64,000 nucleotides of DNA from the human T2T-CHM13v2.0 reference genome, Homo sapiens. This document shows positions 46,762-60,279 of the stretch, in pieces. The stretch's first letter is position 1. Each line of letters opens with the position of its first letter. The stretch lies in assembly GCF_009914755.1 (NCBI RefSeq), contig NC_060947.1. The stretch is one strand, 5' to 3'. The notes beneath the pieces are model-generated. The model was given only the letters and a program-made list of their open reading frames with translations, was not told the DNA's origin and did no database searches. A program made the position numbers and the translations under genes.

Positions 46762-49027
46762 TGATATGGTTTGGCTGTGCCCTCACCCAAATATCATCAT
46801 GAATTCCCACATGTTGTAGGAAGGACCCAGTGGGAGGTAACTGGATCATGGGGTCAGGTATTTCCCGTGCTGTTCTCATGATAGTGAATAAGTTTCACAA
46901 AATCTGATGGCTTTGTAAGGGGGAGTTTCCCCACACAAGCTCTCTGTCTGCTGCCATCCATGTAAGACGTGACTTGCTCTTCCTTGCCTTCCAGCATGAT
47001 TGTGAAGCTTCCCTAGCTACGTGGAACTCTAAGTCCATTAAACTCTTTTTCCTGTATAAATTATCCATTCTCTGGCATGACTTTATCAGCAGTATAAAAA
47101 CAAATTAATACAGTGAATTGGTACCAGTAGAGTGGGGTGCTGCTGAAAAGACACGTGAAAATGTGGAAGCAACTTTGGAACTGGGTAACAGGCAGAGGTT
47201 GCAACAGTTTGAGAGCTCAGAAGACAGGAAAATGTGGGAAAGTTTGGGACTTCCTAGAGACTTGAATAGCTTTGACCAAGATGCTGATAATGATGTAGAG
47301 AATGAAATCCAAGCTGAGATGGTCTCAGATAGAGATGAGCAACTTGTTGGGAGCCCGAACAAAAGTGACTCATTATATTTTAGCAAAGAGACTGGGAGCA
47401 TTTTGCTCCTGCCCTAGAGTTATAGGGAACTTTGAGCTTGAGAGGGGTGATTTAGCGTTATCTGGTGGGAGAAACTTCTAAGCAGCAAAGCATTCGTGAG
47501 GTGACTTGGGTCCTGTTAAGGCATTCAGTTTTAAAAGGGAAACAGAGCATAAAAGTTTGGAAAAATTACAGCCTGACAATGTGATAAAAAAGAAAATCAC
47601 ACTTTCTGAGAAGAAATTCACGCCCACTGCAGAAATTTGTATAAGTAACAAGGAACTGAATGTTAATCACCAAGACAATGAGAAAAATGTCTCCAGGGCA
47701 CGTCAGAGACCTTTGTGGCAGCCCCTCCCATCACATGTCTGGAGTTTAGGAGGAAAAAATGGTTTTGTGGGCTAGGCCCAGGGTCCCTCTGTGGTGTGCA
47801 GCCTAGAGACTTGGTGCCCTGTGTCCCAGCCACTCCAGCTGTGACTAAAAGGGGCCGAGGTACAGCTTGGGCTGTTACTTCAGAGGGCGGAAGCCCAAGC
47901 CTTGGCAGCTTCCACGTCGTGTTGAGCCCGCAGGTGCACAGAAGTCAAGAACTGCGGTTTGGGAACCTCTGCCTAGATTTCAGAGGATGTATGGAAAAAC
48001 CTGGATGCCCAGGTAGAAGTTTGCTGTAGGGGCAGGGCCCTCATGGAGAACCTCTGCTAGGGCAGTGCAAAAGAAAAATGTGGGGTTAGAGCCCTCACAC
48101 AGAGACCCTACTAGAGCACTGTCTATTAGAGCCATGAAAAGAGGGCCACTGTCCTCCAGACCCCAGAATGGTAGATCCACTGGCAGCTTGCAACACACAC
48201 CGAGGAAAGCCACAATCAATGCCAGCTCATGAAAGCATCCAGGAGGGAGGCTGTACCCTGAAAAGCCGCAGGGGCAGAGTGGCCCAAGACCACGTGAACC
48301 CCTCTCTTGCATCAGCATGACCTGGATGTGAGATACGCAGTCAAAGGAGATCATTTTGGAGCTTTAAGATTTGACAGCCCTGCTGGATTTCAGACTTGCA
48401 TGTGCCCTGAAGCCCCTTTGTTTTGGACAATTTCTCCTATTTGGAAGGGCTATATTTACCCAATGCCTGTAACCCCACTGTATCTAGGAAGTAACTAATC
48501 TGCTTTTGATTTTATAGGCTCACAGGCAGAAGGAAATTGCCTTATCTCGGATGACACTTTGGACTGTGGAGTTTTGAGTTAATGAGGGAATGAGTAAAGA
48601 CTTTGGTGCACTGTTGGGAAGGCAAGATTGGTTTTCAAATGTGAGGATATGAGATTTGGGAGGGGCCGGGGGTGGAATGATATGGTTTGGCTGAGTCCCC
48701 ACCCAAATCTCATCTTGAATTCCCACATGTTGTCAGAGGATCCCTGTGGGAGGTAATTGAATCATGGGGACAGGTCTTTCCCATGCTGTTCTTGTGGTAG
48801 TGAAAGTCTCACGAGATCTGATGGCTTTGTAAGTGGAGTTTCCCTGCACAAGCTTTCTTTGCCCTCTGTCATTCCTGTAAAATGTGACTTACTCCTCCTT
48901 GCCTTCCACCATGATTGTGAGGCTTCCCCATCCACATAGAATTGCAAGTCTATTAAACCCTTTTTGCTGTATAAATTACCCAATCTCAGGTATCTCTTTA
49001 TCAGCAGCATGAAAACGGACTAATACA
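46762..49027 (+). mobile_element. Full-length THE1 (A/B-like) MaLR (LTR 46762-47112, internal 47113-48677, LTR 48678-49027)
   Basis: Two LTRs tgatatggtttggctg...taataca; tggtacc PBS-like site; polypurine tract; no TSD (cctac vs caagc). Confidence 0.94.
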
Positions 49028-49029
49028 CA

Positions 49030-49400
49030 AGCACTGACTTCTCCCTGCTTAGAACACCTTTCCATCCCCACCTGTATTTTCCTCCCTCATGCCTTTACCC
49101 TCTTCCTTCTCCACAACAAGCTAGTACCCAGACTTCCATCTAAATATCACTTCCTTCAAAAAGACTTCATTTCTTATTCCTCCAGATACAGATTCCCTGA
49201 TTTACTATTTTTATAGCACTCTGAATTTTAAATAGTACACATCAAAAATAAAATTAAACTATTATACAATCATAATTATGCTGGTATTCCTCAAAAGACA
49301 ATATATTCCAAGACATGAGCCTTTTCTTATGTCTTCAATAAATTCATTCAGGCCTAACAGAACACTTTGCCCATAGGAGGTGCTTAATGAACATTTATGG
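49030..49400 (+). mobile_element. L2 3' fragment
   Basis: aaatatcacttcctt...cataggaggtgcttaatgaacattt. Confidence 0.6.
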
Positions 49401-50129
49401 AATTTATAGTTCTTCCAGATGTGGTTCGACTTTGCATTGAGTCTACCTTAGAAATTTGTTTTTCATACTCATAAAGATTTCCTATTTGACCACCACAAAC
49501 CCTCTGCACTGCCACTCATAGTAAGCCACACAGGGAGTATACTCCAACCAAGCTTCAGTACAAATTCTTCCCTCAGCTGTGGGTGTTCTATAACATTTAA
49601 TTGGCTTTCTTAAAATCTGACACAAATAACTAAAGACTCTTGATGCTTTGTCAGAGCAAAGGAGTGTGAAACCATTATCTCCTCTAAATACTACATTATA
49701 CTATACTTTGTATCATATTTCTGTTAATTTAGCATTTTTAGAATATTTATAATACAATGTTAGTTCTCCCTTTCTGTACTTGCGTCTACATGTTAATATG
49801 TTCTTGAGGGAAGGAACCGAGCCTTATTCACCTTTATATAACCTAGCAAGTTGACCACATGGTTGGTGTTACATAACAAGCCATTGAAAATAAAGCAAGC
49901 AAGCAATTAAGAAGGTACCAAACCCTGCTCAATTCCATTTTGTGGGTTTTGACCCCGTGATTTAGCCTATCATGAAAAATTCTCATCTTCATTTTGACCC
50001 CCCACCCAGATTTGTGCCATCTGCAAAATTGAAAATTACCCCTTTGCTGATGTTATGTAAGGTATTGATCAATTATTCAGCAGCACAGAACCTGTGGTAG
50101 CTTACTAATTATAATAAAACAATATTTAG

Positions 50130-50390
50130 AGTTGCTGGTCACTTAATATCTACCAAGCACCTTTTTAAATACTTTTACATGTATGTAACTACATACATAC
50201 ATGTTAAACTTAAATATTTTCAAAACAATCTTATCAGATGGATACAATTATCGCCATTTTACAGATGAGGAAACTGAAACACAGTATGACTAACTTTCTG
50301 AGGGCCACACAGCTTTTAAGTAATACAGCTAGGATTCAAACCCAAGCAGTGCATCTCAAGATCTCAGACTTTTACCACTCTGCCCTTCTG
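50130..50390 (-). mobile_element. MIR SINE
   Basis: ccattttacagatgaggaaactga...ggccacacagct...ggattcaaaccca. Confidence 0.85.
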
Positions 50391-52174
50391 ACTAAAATGT
50401 GTATTCTATATACAGAGCTCACTCTCCCAAGTCAATATGGTTATTAATTCCTCTGCCAACTCTGTCATATAGATCACTTATCACCATCTTATCCCGATAC
50501 CATAGAACCTTAGCCACTGTTTTACTCAAATAGAAATAAACCATTAAAAAAAAAAATAGGTGCCACAGTAAAAGTATGATCTCTTCAACCTGATGAGACC
50601 ATCACAACCAGTCTCAAAACTTCTTTTCTGAAGAACAAGCTATTAATTTAGATGAATGAGTCAATAACAAACTTATCGCAGATTTAAACATACAGAAATT
50701 TTCACGGCAAATCTGTAAAATATGAGGTCAATAAATATCTAATTTATACTCAATAGCATTTATACTGTTATAGAAATGATGCAATATACAAGACACATAA
50801 CTGTACATAACACCCTAGCCATTAAATCATTGTGCAGATGGCTCCCACTATCATTGTGACTTCTGTGCCTCTTTCCCCATAGTGTTTGCCAAGCCATAAG
50901 CTGACATTTTATTTTACCTTCAGTTCTCTGTACATTACAGCTTCTCTGCCTGCAACATCCTTTTCATCTGGCTCCTTTACATGTCAGGTAAGTTACCACT
51001 GCCCCTTCAAAGCCTTTCCTTATGGCCTGAGTTTTGGTTCAATGCATGACCTGACTGTAAAACACTATTTCCCACATCATGTATGTCTTTCCCTACTCAT
51101 CACATTGCTGAAGAATTGCCCATGTATCTGCTTGTCTCCCATGATAAGGACAATGTCTTTTTCCTTTATAACATAATGAGGAGAGCTCAATAAAGAAAGC
51201 TCAACTTTTTTTTTGTATGGGTGAATGAGTAGTTCTAAGTAAATACAGTAAATTTACTTACAGTATCAATTTCAAAGAAATTCTCTCCTCTAAAAATATT
51301 GTCTTCAGACAAGGAAAAAAAAACACAAAAAACGGAACATGACTAAAATCTTAAAGGAAGATACAGAAGTGAGCACACAATCCTTCTGAAGTTAAAATAT
51401 TTCTATAAATTCATATAGCTGTATTCTAAATCTTTTTGGTAAGAATCCCTGAAATGTATTCTGAATTCTAATAGATGAAAAGTTCCCTGTGGGCAGGTAA
51501 TGTGTTTACTCCAACTAAGAGCAGCCCAACACAGGAATATTTGCTCTTTGAGGAGTAATACATGTTTTATAACTCAATGATGTTTTCATATTCTTGAGTT
51601 CTTAATTACAAATATTTTCAAACAATATTCAATTATTTGCTTGCCAGGTATAAAATATAAGTTAAATAGCAATAAAAATATCAATGGTTTGAATTTAATA
51701 ACATGTTTTTTCCTTAGCACTATATTTTCTAAATAGTATTAGCTACTTAATTAAACTTTTCCTCAATTGGGAAGTGATCAAGAAAATGGTTGTGTATCAA
51801 AAGGCAGAGTAAGTGAAAACAAGTTGGTTACAGGAGGAAGCAGGGTATGGGTTTCGCTTGTGCTATATTAACTGCTCCACTGGAGCAAACTAATTAATTT
51901 TTCTTCATTGCACTGTAATCAGCAAGCTTAATCTAGGGCAAAGAAGAATACAATTGTGATTGCAAATATTAAGGTCTTACTACCTGTCATTCAGTTGCAG
52001 TAACTACAGAAAGTCTATTCAATAATTAATGTGCTATGGCTATTGGCTTTGTTTTGTTATTGAATACATTTATTTTAAGCAGCATTAAGCGCATAAATTA
52101 AATCTTAGTAACATTTTCATATAAGTAACTATCATTAAAATGCATTTGTTCCACAGAAGAAAGAATTATCTCAC

Positions 52175-52201
52175 CATTCCGGCTCAACAAGAAATTCAGT
52201 C
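52175..52201 (-). other. Candidate 27-nt micro-exon of an unidentified minus-strand gene
   Basis: Minus strand: ttttttgtctgttcag|GACTGAATTTCTTGTTGAGCCGGAATG|gtgaga; unique sequence; splice motifs only. Confidence 0.45.
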
Positions 52202-53034
52202 CTGAACAGACAAAAAAGTTTAAAAATATTTTATAAACATTAACCTGGACTTTTCGTAGAAGAAATAAAGCTGAGAACGTCATATTTCAGCAGCTTCAAT
52301 ACTTGTTTTCTGATTGAATCATAAATTTCATTACTTTATACTTGCTTCTACAATGACAAAGTACCCAAAGCTAAATGTGAATGTCTAGTAGGTCAGAAAA
52401 ATGTGTAGTTGAATATGGTTTTTGATGACAATAAAATCGCTAAAAACCAAAAGCATTCAGAGAGTGTAAGAGAACAAACACATCTCTTCAAATATTTAAA
52501 TAACCCTATGGGCAACTTGATATGATGTCAATATTATATGTCTTACGCATCTAGTTTATAAAAGTCATCAGGAAAAAAATACAAGATTAATCTCCTTGTG
52601 GATCAATTTGGGAAACAAATGAATAAAACCACAGATCTACACATAGATAGAGGGACATTCCAAGGACAATCACTACTTCAGCCTTTAATCTTCTGGATAA
52701 CTGGTGAAAGCCTTGGCAGGAAGCACTCCAAGCTACTTATTAAAAAGGTAAGAGGATGTTCTTATGGATACAATCAAGTATATATCAAACCATATGCTGT
52801 CACTTGCCCCATCTACATTTTCCCAACTTTAGAGTTAGAATTAAGTGATGCAAAACAGCTTAAGAGAGGATCTGATGGAAAGCAAAGTGCCCTATATCCC
52901 TCCACAGCTCATCACTGGTTTGAAATCAGGCCATAAGTTCATGGTGACATGAAATTCTCTTCAAGACCAAATTAGTCTTCGTCAGCAAGAAATTCCCTAC
53001 AATTCAGGGTTTAACTCTTAAAGAGATTAGCTCC

Positions 53035-53300
53035 ATTTTTTTTCTAATTTCGAATTTACTTAACATGACAAATTTTATATATTTATAGTATACAATATAT
53101 CTTGATAGGCATATACATTTAAAAATGGCTCAATCAAGCCAATTGATATATCCATTACCTCACATGCTTGTGAGAACATTTAAAGTCTATTCTTTTTGAA
53201 ATTTTCAAGCATACAATACATTGCTATTAACTATAGTCTTGTTATATACACCCAACAGTTCTCTTGAATTTCCCTCTCCAACCTAACTGAAATTTTGTGT
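53035..53300 (-). mobile_element. L1MA 3'-end fragment
   Basis: atatatttatagtatacaa...tatccattacctcacat...gctattaactatagtc. Confidence 0.75.
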
Positions 53301-53440
53301 AACCCCATTCTTAACAAGTTATATGATTCAGGGATATAATAGAAAATGTTGAGACATACACATTCTATCTAGTTTTAGCCCAACTTTCAAGGCTCTCCAG
53401 AATTTCCTCTACTTTGACTTTATAATTTTTCTTTCGATTC

Positions 53441-53803
53441 TGATATGGTTTGGTTGTTTCTTCCCCCAAATCTTGAATTGTAGCTCCCGTAATTCCCACC
53501 ATGTCATGGGAGGGACCTGGTAGGAGGTAACTGAATCATGGCGGCAGGTCTTTCCCATGCTGTTCTCATGATAGTGAATACGTCTCACGAGATCTGATGG
53601 TTTTATACAAGAAAGTTTCCCGGAACATGCTTTCTCTTCTTGCCTGTCTCCATGGAAGATGTGACTTTGCTGCTCATTTGCCCTCCACCATGATTGTGAG
53701 GCCTCCCCAGCCATGTAGAACTATGAGTCAATTAAACCTTTCCTTTATAAATTACCTAGTCTTTGGTACGCCTTTATTAGCAGCATGAGAACAGACTAAT
53801 ACA
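53441..53803 (+). mobile_element. THE1 (B/C-like) solo LTR
   Basis: tgatatggtttgg...gactaataca; perfect TSD gattc (53436-53440 / 53804-53808). Confidence 0.93.
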
Positions 53804-53899
53804 GATTCCTTTATAGGTTTATTTTGAACAGTAGATGCCTCTTTGTATTTTGCACTGTATCCCATCAACCCATCTCTCATTTTTGCTGCAGTTCCTGTT

Positions 53900-54228
53900 T
53901 CTGCTGTTAGAGGGTTAACACCCTTTCACTTCCTAGCTCTAGCAACAGGAGGAGGAGGAGGAAGAGGAGGGAGGAAAATAAATTGTCCTTCAAAGGGACA
54001 TTTCTGAGGACAGTTCTATAAGGTTCTATAATGTCCCAGGCAAGGTTGAGGTACAGTTACCTATTATGGTCATCAGTTCAACAATGTTATCTTTATTAGC
54101 TTTTCCTTCTTCCTTGTCTCACTTTTCCAGGTCCCACATGTTCCTGAGTTTTCTTACTAGTTTCTTTGATAATCAGCCAATCATGGCTTTCTGTCAGGCT
54201 TTGCTTTGGGGGAAAACTCAAACTGACA
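53900..54228 (+). mobile_element. LTR16-like ERVL LTR remnant
   Basis: gggacatttctgagg...ggttgaggtacagttacc...gctttgggggaaaactcaaactgaca. Confidence 0.5.
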
Positions 54229-57200
54229 CTCTTGACTATTGCTGTCACTTAAACTGAACTCTTAGAGAGCAGTGGTGATACATTTTAATTCTTTAGCTTT
54301 AGGGGCCAGAGAGGGAAGATGATGCAGACTTCTCAAGCTCACGCAGCTCTAGATGGCAGAGACTGCATTTAAACCCAGGTCTTTCTCCTCCCTGCGTGTT
54401 GCTACATGCCATTTTGGTACCTCTCTACAGGCTTGCCTTCCATAACCTTTCAAAGTTCAGCATTCTCCTACTCATCCAAATGAACACAGTAGTCATGTTT
54501 TATTCCATCCACTTGATAAAATAATGGGTCACAGCACAGCACTTGATCCATTGTTATTTAACAACCAAGACTCTTGAGTTCCTGTAATTATGTAACAAGC
54601 CCCTTAACTGTCAGTGGTCATAAAGGCAAGAATCTCAGACTTCGGAATCAAACCCCCCATTTACTCTTACTGCAATTTGCCCTCACACAGGTATTCTCAA
54701 GATTACGAGATAACAAAGTGTAAGAGCTTAGCACAGTGCCTGAAACACAGGATGTGTTCAATAAAGGGTGGCTATTATTTTCACCTGGAGCAAAACGACC
54801 ACAAATAGGGGCCATGTGCTCCGCAGCATCCCCTGCCTGTCTCCCAAAGCCAGAACAATGAGACCAAATAGGCGTCCACAAACAAAACAGACATGTAAAA
54901 TGAAAAAAATAGAAAAGATAAAATGCCCTCTTTTACTTCATCTGTATGTTTTTCCTATGCCCATCCCTCTTCTCTATTTCGAAACATGCTCTCACATTGT
55001 TTTGCAACTGGGAATACTCATTTTATCTTATCCAATTCTAACTATCTTTAAGTTTCAGCTCAACTTCTACTTCTGGATGTTTCCTATTTTCCATCACAGC
55101 CCTTGTTGATTTCTCTCATATATTTCTACAGCATTCATACACTATAAAGTGAAATTTACTACTTCACAAATAATTTTACTTCAGACCTATTGAACTATTT
55201 TGGTCAGTCCTGACTCTCAAGTTACACTGAAAGTTGCTAGAAGGAAAGGATCATTTCTAATTTTTCTCTGGGGTCCTCTGGCACAATACTAAACTTATCA
55301 GGCACTGAATGCTTAATCCTGTAGACAAAATGTGGAAGTAACAAAGAAAGGACTCAAGAAAAACCTAATTTACTCTTCTCTTTCTCATTCCCCCTTAGAT
55401 GCATTTCTATATTCAATGTTCATTCTGATTTCCAGGTAGCACTTTCCCCACTTTCTTTCCTAGCTTAATCCTTTCACTGCTCAGCAATATGCGGCACACC
55501 TGGCAACATGGGAGAGATGAGTTAGTTACTGCAAAATTGTTTGCTTGTTCTCTTAATGCCTTACCTCAATTTCTCTATGGCAATAAGGCTATCATATCCA
55601 AACAGAAGAACTAAGCTAAATGGATTCATCATTTCACAAAGTGATTCTTTAGTAATTTTCTTATTATTTTATATATTTTTGGTTTCATATATAATGCTAC
55701 CTCAGAAATTCAGATATGCAAAGTTTAAAACTCCTTTTTTAAAGTTTCAGAGAGCTACAACTACAGACGAGATAAGCTTTAGCTTGATGAATTTCATACT
55801 GACTACTGGATCTTATGTTTAAGGCAGATGCAGGTTTTTCTTGGGGGGGGGGCGGGGGGGAAAGACCCAGGCAGGCCCATGTGATACATTTCTTCAGGAT
55901 TCTAACAATTTTCCACTCAGAAAGTAGTCCCTCAGGAAATTATTAACTGTAAAATAAGATAGAGGATAAAAAAAGAATTCTGAAGCAGAAAAATACATGG
56001 AATCAGAAGCAAAGATGCTGAATAAATCTGCATTGAAAAATGGAAAGTTCCTATTTTGTGTTTATATTACACTTTTGACTCTTGTAATTATTCTTAAATG
56101 TCACAAAAATCCCCCCAACTATTACTATTCCACTGCTATGTATGTGGAGATGTACATACCCAATTATTAGGTAACGTACCCAAGGATCAATTAGATAATA
56201 AAAGAAACATTACTGTAACACAGGACTTCTTTTTACACTACCTTCTATTAAAAAGAGGAGACATAAGTATGTGAAATGGAATCAGTATGCCACATAGTAT
56301 TTAACAGCATTATTCAATTGTCATATTTGTTAAGTACCTCATGATAAATGTTAGGCAGAAAGCCTTCTCTATCTCTCTTCACCTTCCAGGGCAAATATCT
56401 GCCCTACTTTGTTGCCACAGAGAATAAATTTTCCATGACTGCAAGCTCTATTGAAAATAGAAGAGAAATGGAAAGGTCCAGAATTTAAAGGAACTGTATC
56501 TCTCTCCCATTCTACTGTATGTCCCTTGAGATTAGAGACATTTGTTTCCCCAGTGCCAATCAGAGACATGATACATAGTGTTCAATAAATGCTTGGTGAA
56601 TGAATTGGTGAAAATAACTTATGAATTATGGTTGCAGGAGGGAAGAACAGAGTGATATAATGTTAAACATATTCAGGTTTACTTGCAAGGAATGGGAAAC
56701 TGAATACTTCATATATTGATGTTGCATATAGGCATCATTATGATCATTTGGAAATTAGTCAAAATGTCTTTAATGCATACCTTTTGATCTAGCTATCCTG
56801 GGTTCCTAGCATGATACCTCATATATAAATGCACACTCGATAGCTTTTTGTACCTCACATAATGACATGATTTTCTATACCTTGAATATGCCTTCCTCTT
56901 ATTTCTTCTTCATTGGTGCTTTTGCCTTGCTATTTCACCTGGAATGCTATTCTTCCCTATTTCTACCTATCAAGGCCTTTCTCTAAAATATAGCCCAAAT
57001 GTACTCTCCGGGCATTATTTCTCTCTCTCTCTCAAGTGATTGCAATGCCTTTTTATTTGAACTCTTTGGACTACACTTAAATGTTATCAACTCATGTCCA
57101 AGATGTTTACAAGTGTCATTTGTTCCTGTGACTTTAATAATGTTGTCTCCTTTTTTTGCAGCGTCTATTTAATTTTATCTCTTACCATAAACCCACCTGG

Positions 57201-57862
57201 CCTATCCAGGGATTTCTTCAAGAAGCACAGCTACTGTATGGCACATTCTACACTAAATCCCCAGTATATAATCTGCTCATTTAGTGATAAATCGGTGATG
57301 CTCTTCACAGGAGACTGAAGAGAGACACTCAGAAGTCTTAGAATTGTGTGCTTCTAGAATACAAAGAATTTCCACAATCATAGAGTCTGAGGACTTTTAA
57401 TCATTACTATTTTCACAGCTTTTGGAGTAGACAGACTCAGTCCCCAGAAAAATGGCCAATGTAACTTATACACACACATACACAATGATGATGATGATTA
57501 TCTTTAAATGTGACAGGTCCACCCAGTAGATTTCCATGTGGAATCAAAGTCAGATGCCATAAATGACTGGAGTGGCAGAGTCTGTCAGTGGAGTTACATA
57601 AACTGTGTGTATGGCGAGTGCAGCTCCAGACTGAACAGTAATGTGCCCGCTTTGAGGGAGGAGAGTAGCACTCCTCAGTACTACCAGGATGGTGCCATTG
57701 CAGAATGTTGCCCCAGAGCTGCTAGATCTGCTAACAGAAACCCAAATCTGTAGTAAGGTGTAGATCAAACAAAACATATCTCTGGGTTCCTTCCAGACTT
57801 TCCATTAACAGTTTATAACGTCTTCTGAACTATCTGTTCACATACTTAAACCTGAGTCCTCG

Positions 57863-58190
57863 GGCTGGGCATGGTGGCTCATGCTTGTTATCCCAGCACT
57901 TTGGGAGGCCGAGATGGGCAGATCACAAGGTAAGGAGATCGAGACCATTCTGGCTAACACAGTGAAACCCAGTCTCTACTAAAAACACAAAAAATTAGCC
58001 AGGCATAGTTGCACGCGCCTGTAATCCCAGCTACTCGGGAGGCTGAGACAGGAGGAATCATTTGAACCTAGGAGGCAGAGGTTGCAGTGAGGCCAGATCG
58101 TACCACTGCACTCCAGTCTAGGTGACAGAGCAAGACTCTGTCTCAAAAAAAGAAAAAAAAAGAAAAAAAAAATCAAAAAAAACAAAAAAA
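57863..58190 (+). mobile_element. AluSc8/AluY-like SINE
   Basis: gagatcgagaccattctggctaacac; TSD aaacctgagtcct / aaccctgagtcct. Confidence 0.93.
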
Positions 58191-58309
58191 CCCTGAGTCC
58201 TGACTAGCTCTCCTGCAGGAGAGTGTTACTGAGTTAAGCAATCAGGAGAAATGAAACTCTATCAACCGATGGTCACCTATTAACAAATAAGATGGCATAC
58301 TTCTGTACT

Positions 58310-58945
58310 ATTGCTATTCATTTATTTATCCATTCCACAAACATTTTTCACCTACCATCTCTTCGGCATTCTCCTAGCTACTGGCTATACAGTACTGAAG
58401 CCAACGGACAAAGTCCTTGACACCAAACATTCTAGTAGGGGAAGCAGAGAAGAAATAAGTTAGATAATCAAACAAGGTAATTTCAGATAATGATGATGAT
58501 TTTAAAGCAAGAAGTGTGAATAGGATACAGGAATGGCTGGGAGGGCTCATCAGGAGAGCTCTTTTACATATGGTAGACTGCAAAGGATTCTTCTGAAGAT
58601 GAGACCTTTCGGCTCAGACTGAATGGCAGGAAGTTGTCAGCTATATAAAGAGGGAGAAGAAGTATGTTCTTGCTTGACCGGAGCCTGGTGAAGTAAGGGA
58701 ACCAGTGTGAAGTGAGATCAAGAAGCAAGCAGGGGACAGATCACACAGGGTCTTGCTGGCTGCTTTCAGACTCCAGACATTTTTCTAAGTACAATGTAGA
58801 GTCTTCAGAAGGTGTTAAATAGGGAACACATGACCTAATTAATGTAGTAAAAAGATAACTTTGTATAATGCGAAGAACTGAGAGACTGCTTAGGAAGTTA
58901 CTGCAATATTAGGAGGCTATGGAATATGATGGAGTGTCAGTGGTG
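58310..58945 (-). mobile_element. L2 fragment
   Basis: attcatttatttatccattccacaaacattt...cagatcacacagggtcttg...ttaggaagttactgcaat. Confidence 0.75.
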
Positions 58946-58962
58946 CTTCCTTTGAATAAAAG

Positions 58963-59180
58963 CAGCTTTTATTTTTCAATTAAAATGTAACATAATTGGT
59001 TTCAGTAAAAATGTCTCAGTTGACCTTATTTCTCCTGCATTAATGGGGTCATTTATATGATATGTCAGGAGTGCTACCGCTGTACACAATGAACAGCTTT
59101 TTTCAATTAAAACGTAGCTTAATTGACTTGAACCAGAAATGACTCTTGACATCTTTGTATTAATAGGACCATTTCTATAA
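58963..59180. repeat. Diverged direct duplication (~90-100-bp unit, period ~131 bp)
   Basis: cagctttt..tttcaattaaaa(t/c)gta..taattg...aaatg.ctc...ttgac...attaat.gg..catt occurs from 58963 and from 59094. Confidence 0.7.
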
Positions 59181-60279
59181 TGATCATGCTAATTAATCTT
59201 CTTCATTCAAAAGTATTGTTTATTCAGAATTATTTAATACAATCGTTATACTTTTAAATCATTTTAATGTTATTAAATATTATCTCAGGATCTTGAAGTC
59301 TATTGGATTGTTATGCTGATTTAAAGAGTGCAAAAATATTTATAGTTATGTTTTAGTTTAAAGCAGTGATTAAATATAATTTGCCTGTGACCCTGTAGGC
59401 CAAAATAATGTATCACGATAAACTGTAGATAGTGTCAGAGATGAAAACAGTGTTTGTCTGCTTTAGTGTATTCATATGTGAGGATGAATTTTGGCACTTG
59501 TCAGCCTATGAGAAATTACTACTAGACTAATACTTGTCAGTACAGTAACAACTGATCATGCTCTAAACACCACTAAGGGAGAAAAGTGATGAATAACATA
59601 CAAAGTAAAAATTTTCACAATCACATTAATGACTCTAGTTCAAAGCACAGTAATGGTCTACCAACCTTATTGTCCAATCTATATTTCAAGTGTCTACCTT
59701 GATATCTTTCAGAATCAATTTTACGTCAAATTCCAATTAACATAGAAAAAAAGCAGTAGCGATAAAAACATGTCTCTATTGACTTTTCCAAAAGCAATCA
59801 TGCTCTCCAAACCCCAGCCTCATTTACTATTACTGAAGCAAAACGAAATACTAAGAGTACTGTGTGCAAATAAAAAACGTTTGTTGATTATCTGTTAAAA
59901 AAGACCCCAAATTAAAAACAGCCTAAATAATGAGTATTACCCGCACACAACAACAGTATGCTATGGATTTATAAAATTATCATTCTTCCTAAACTGATAA
60001 CGAAAATCTTTAAAATGAATAAAATGTTACTAATATATTTCACAGTATGCACTGAATGGACTACATAATTCCATTTGGGTTTAAGTTGAGGTTTTTTTTT
60101 TTTCCAACTAAATGGTTAAAAATTATGTTTAGAGAACAATCTGGAAAATATATACTCACAGACAATAGGCATACAGTTGACAATTGAGCACAACTACATT
60201 AAATTTACACTATAAAACTCAATCATCCAACACTTATGAATCCAAACATTTTCTAAAACTTTACAAGAAAGCTTATATG

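Noticed and set aside
52235-52322. Minus-strand open stretch NEIYDSIRKQVLKLLKYDVLSFISSTKSP upstream of the 27-nt candidate
   Set aside because: Would need a 43-nt intron, below the usual human minimum, and lacks a good in-frame acceptor
55565-55588. Possible 24-nt minus-strand exon with a strong GAG|gtaagg donor
   Set aside because: Acceptor poor (purine-rich before the AG); no other support
55843-55860. G10-C-G7 run, G-quadruplex-like
   Set aside because: Simple homopolymer with no functional context
57538-57777. Overlapping 71/75-aa ORFs in a locally GC-richer stretch
   Set aside because: No homology recognised; non-ATG starts; no complete exon structure
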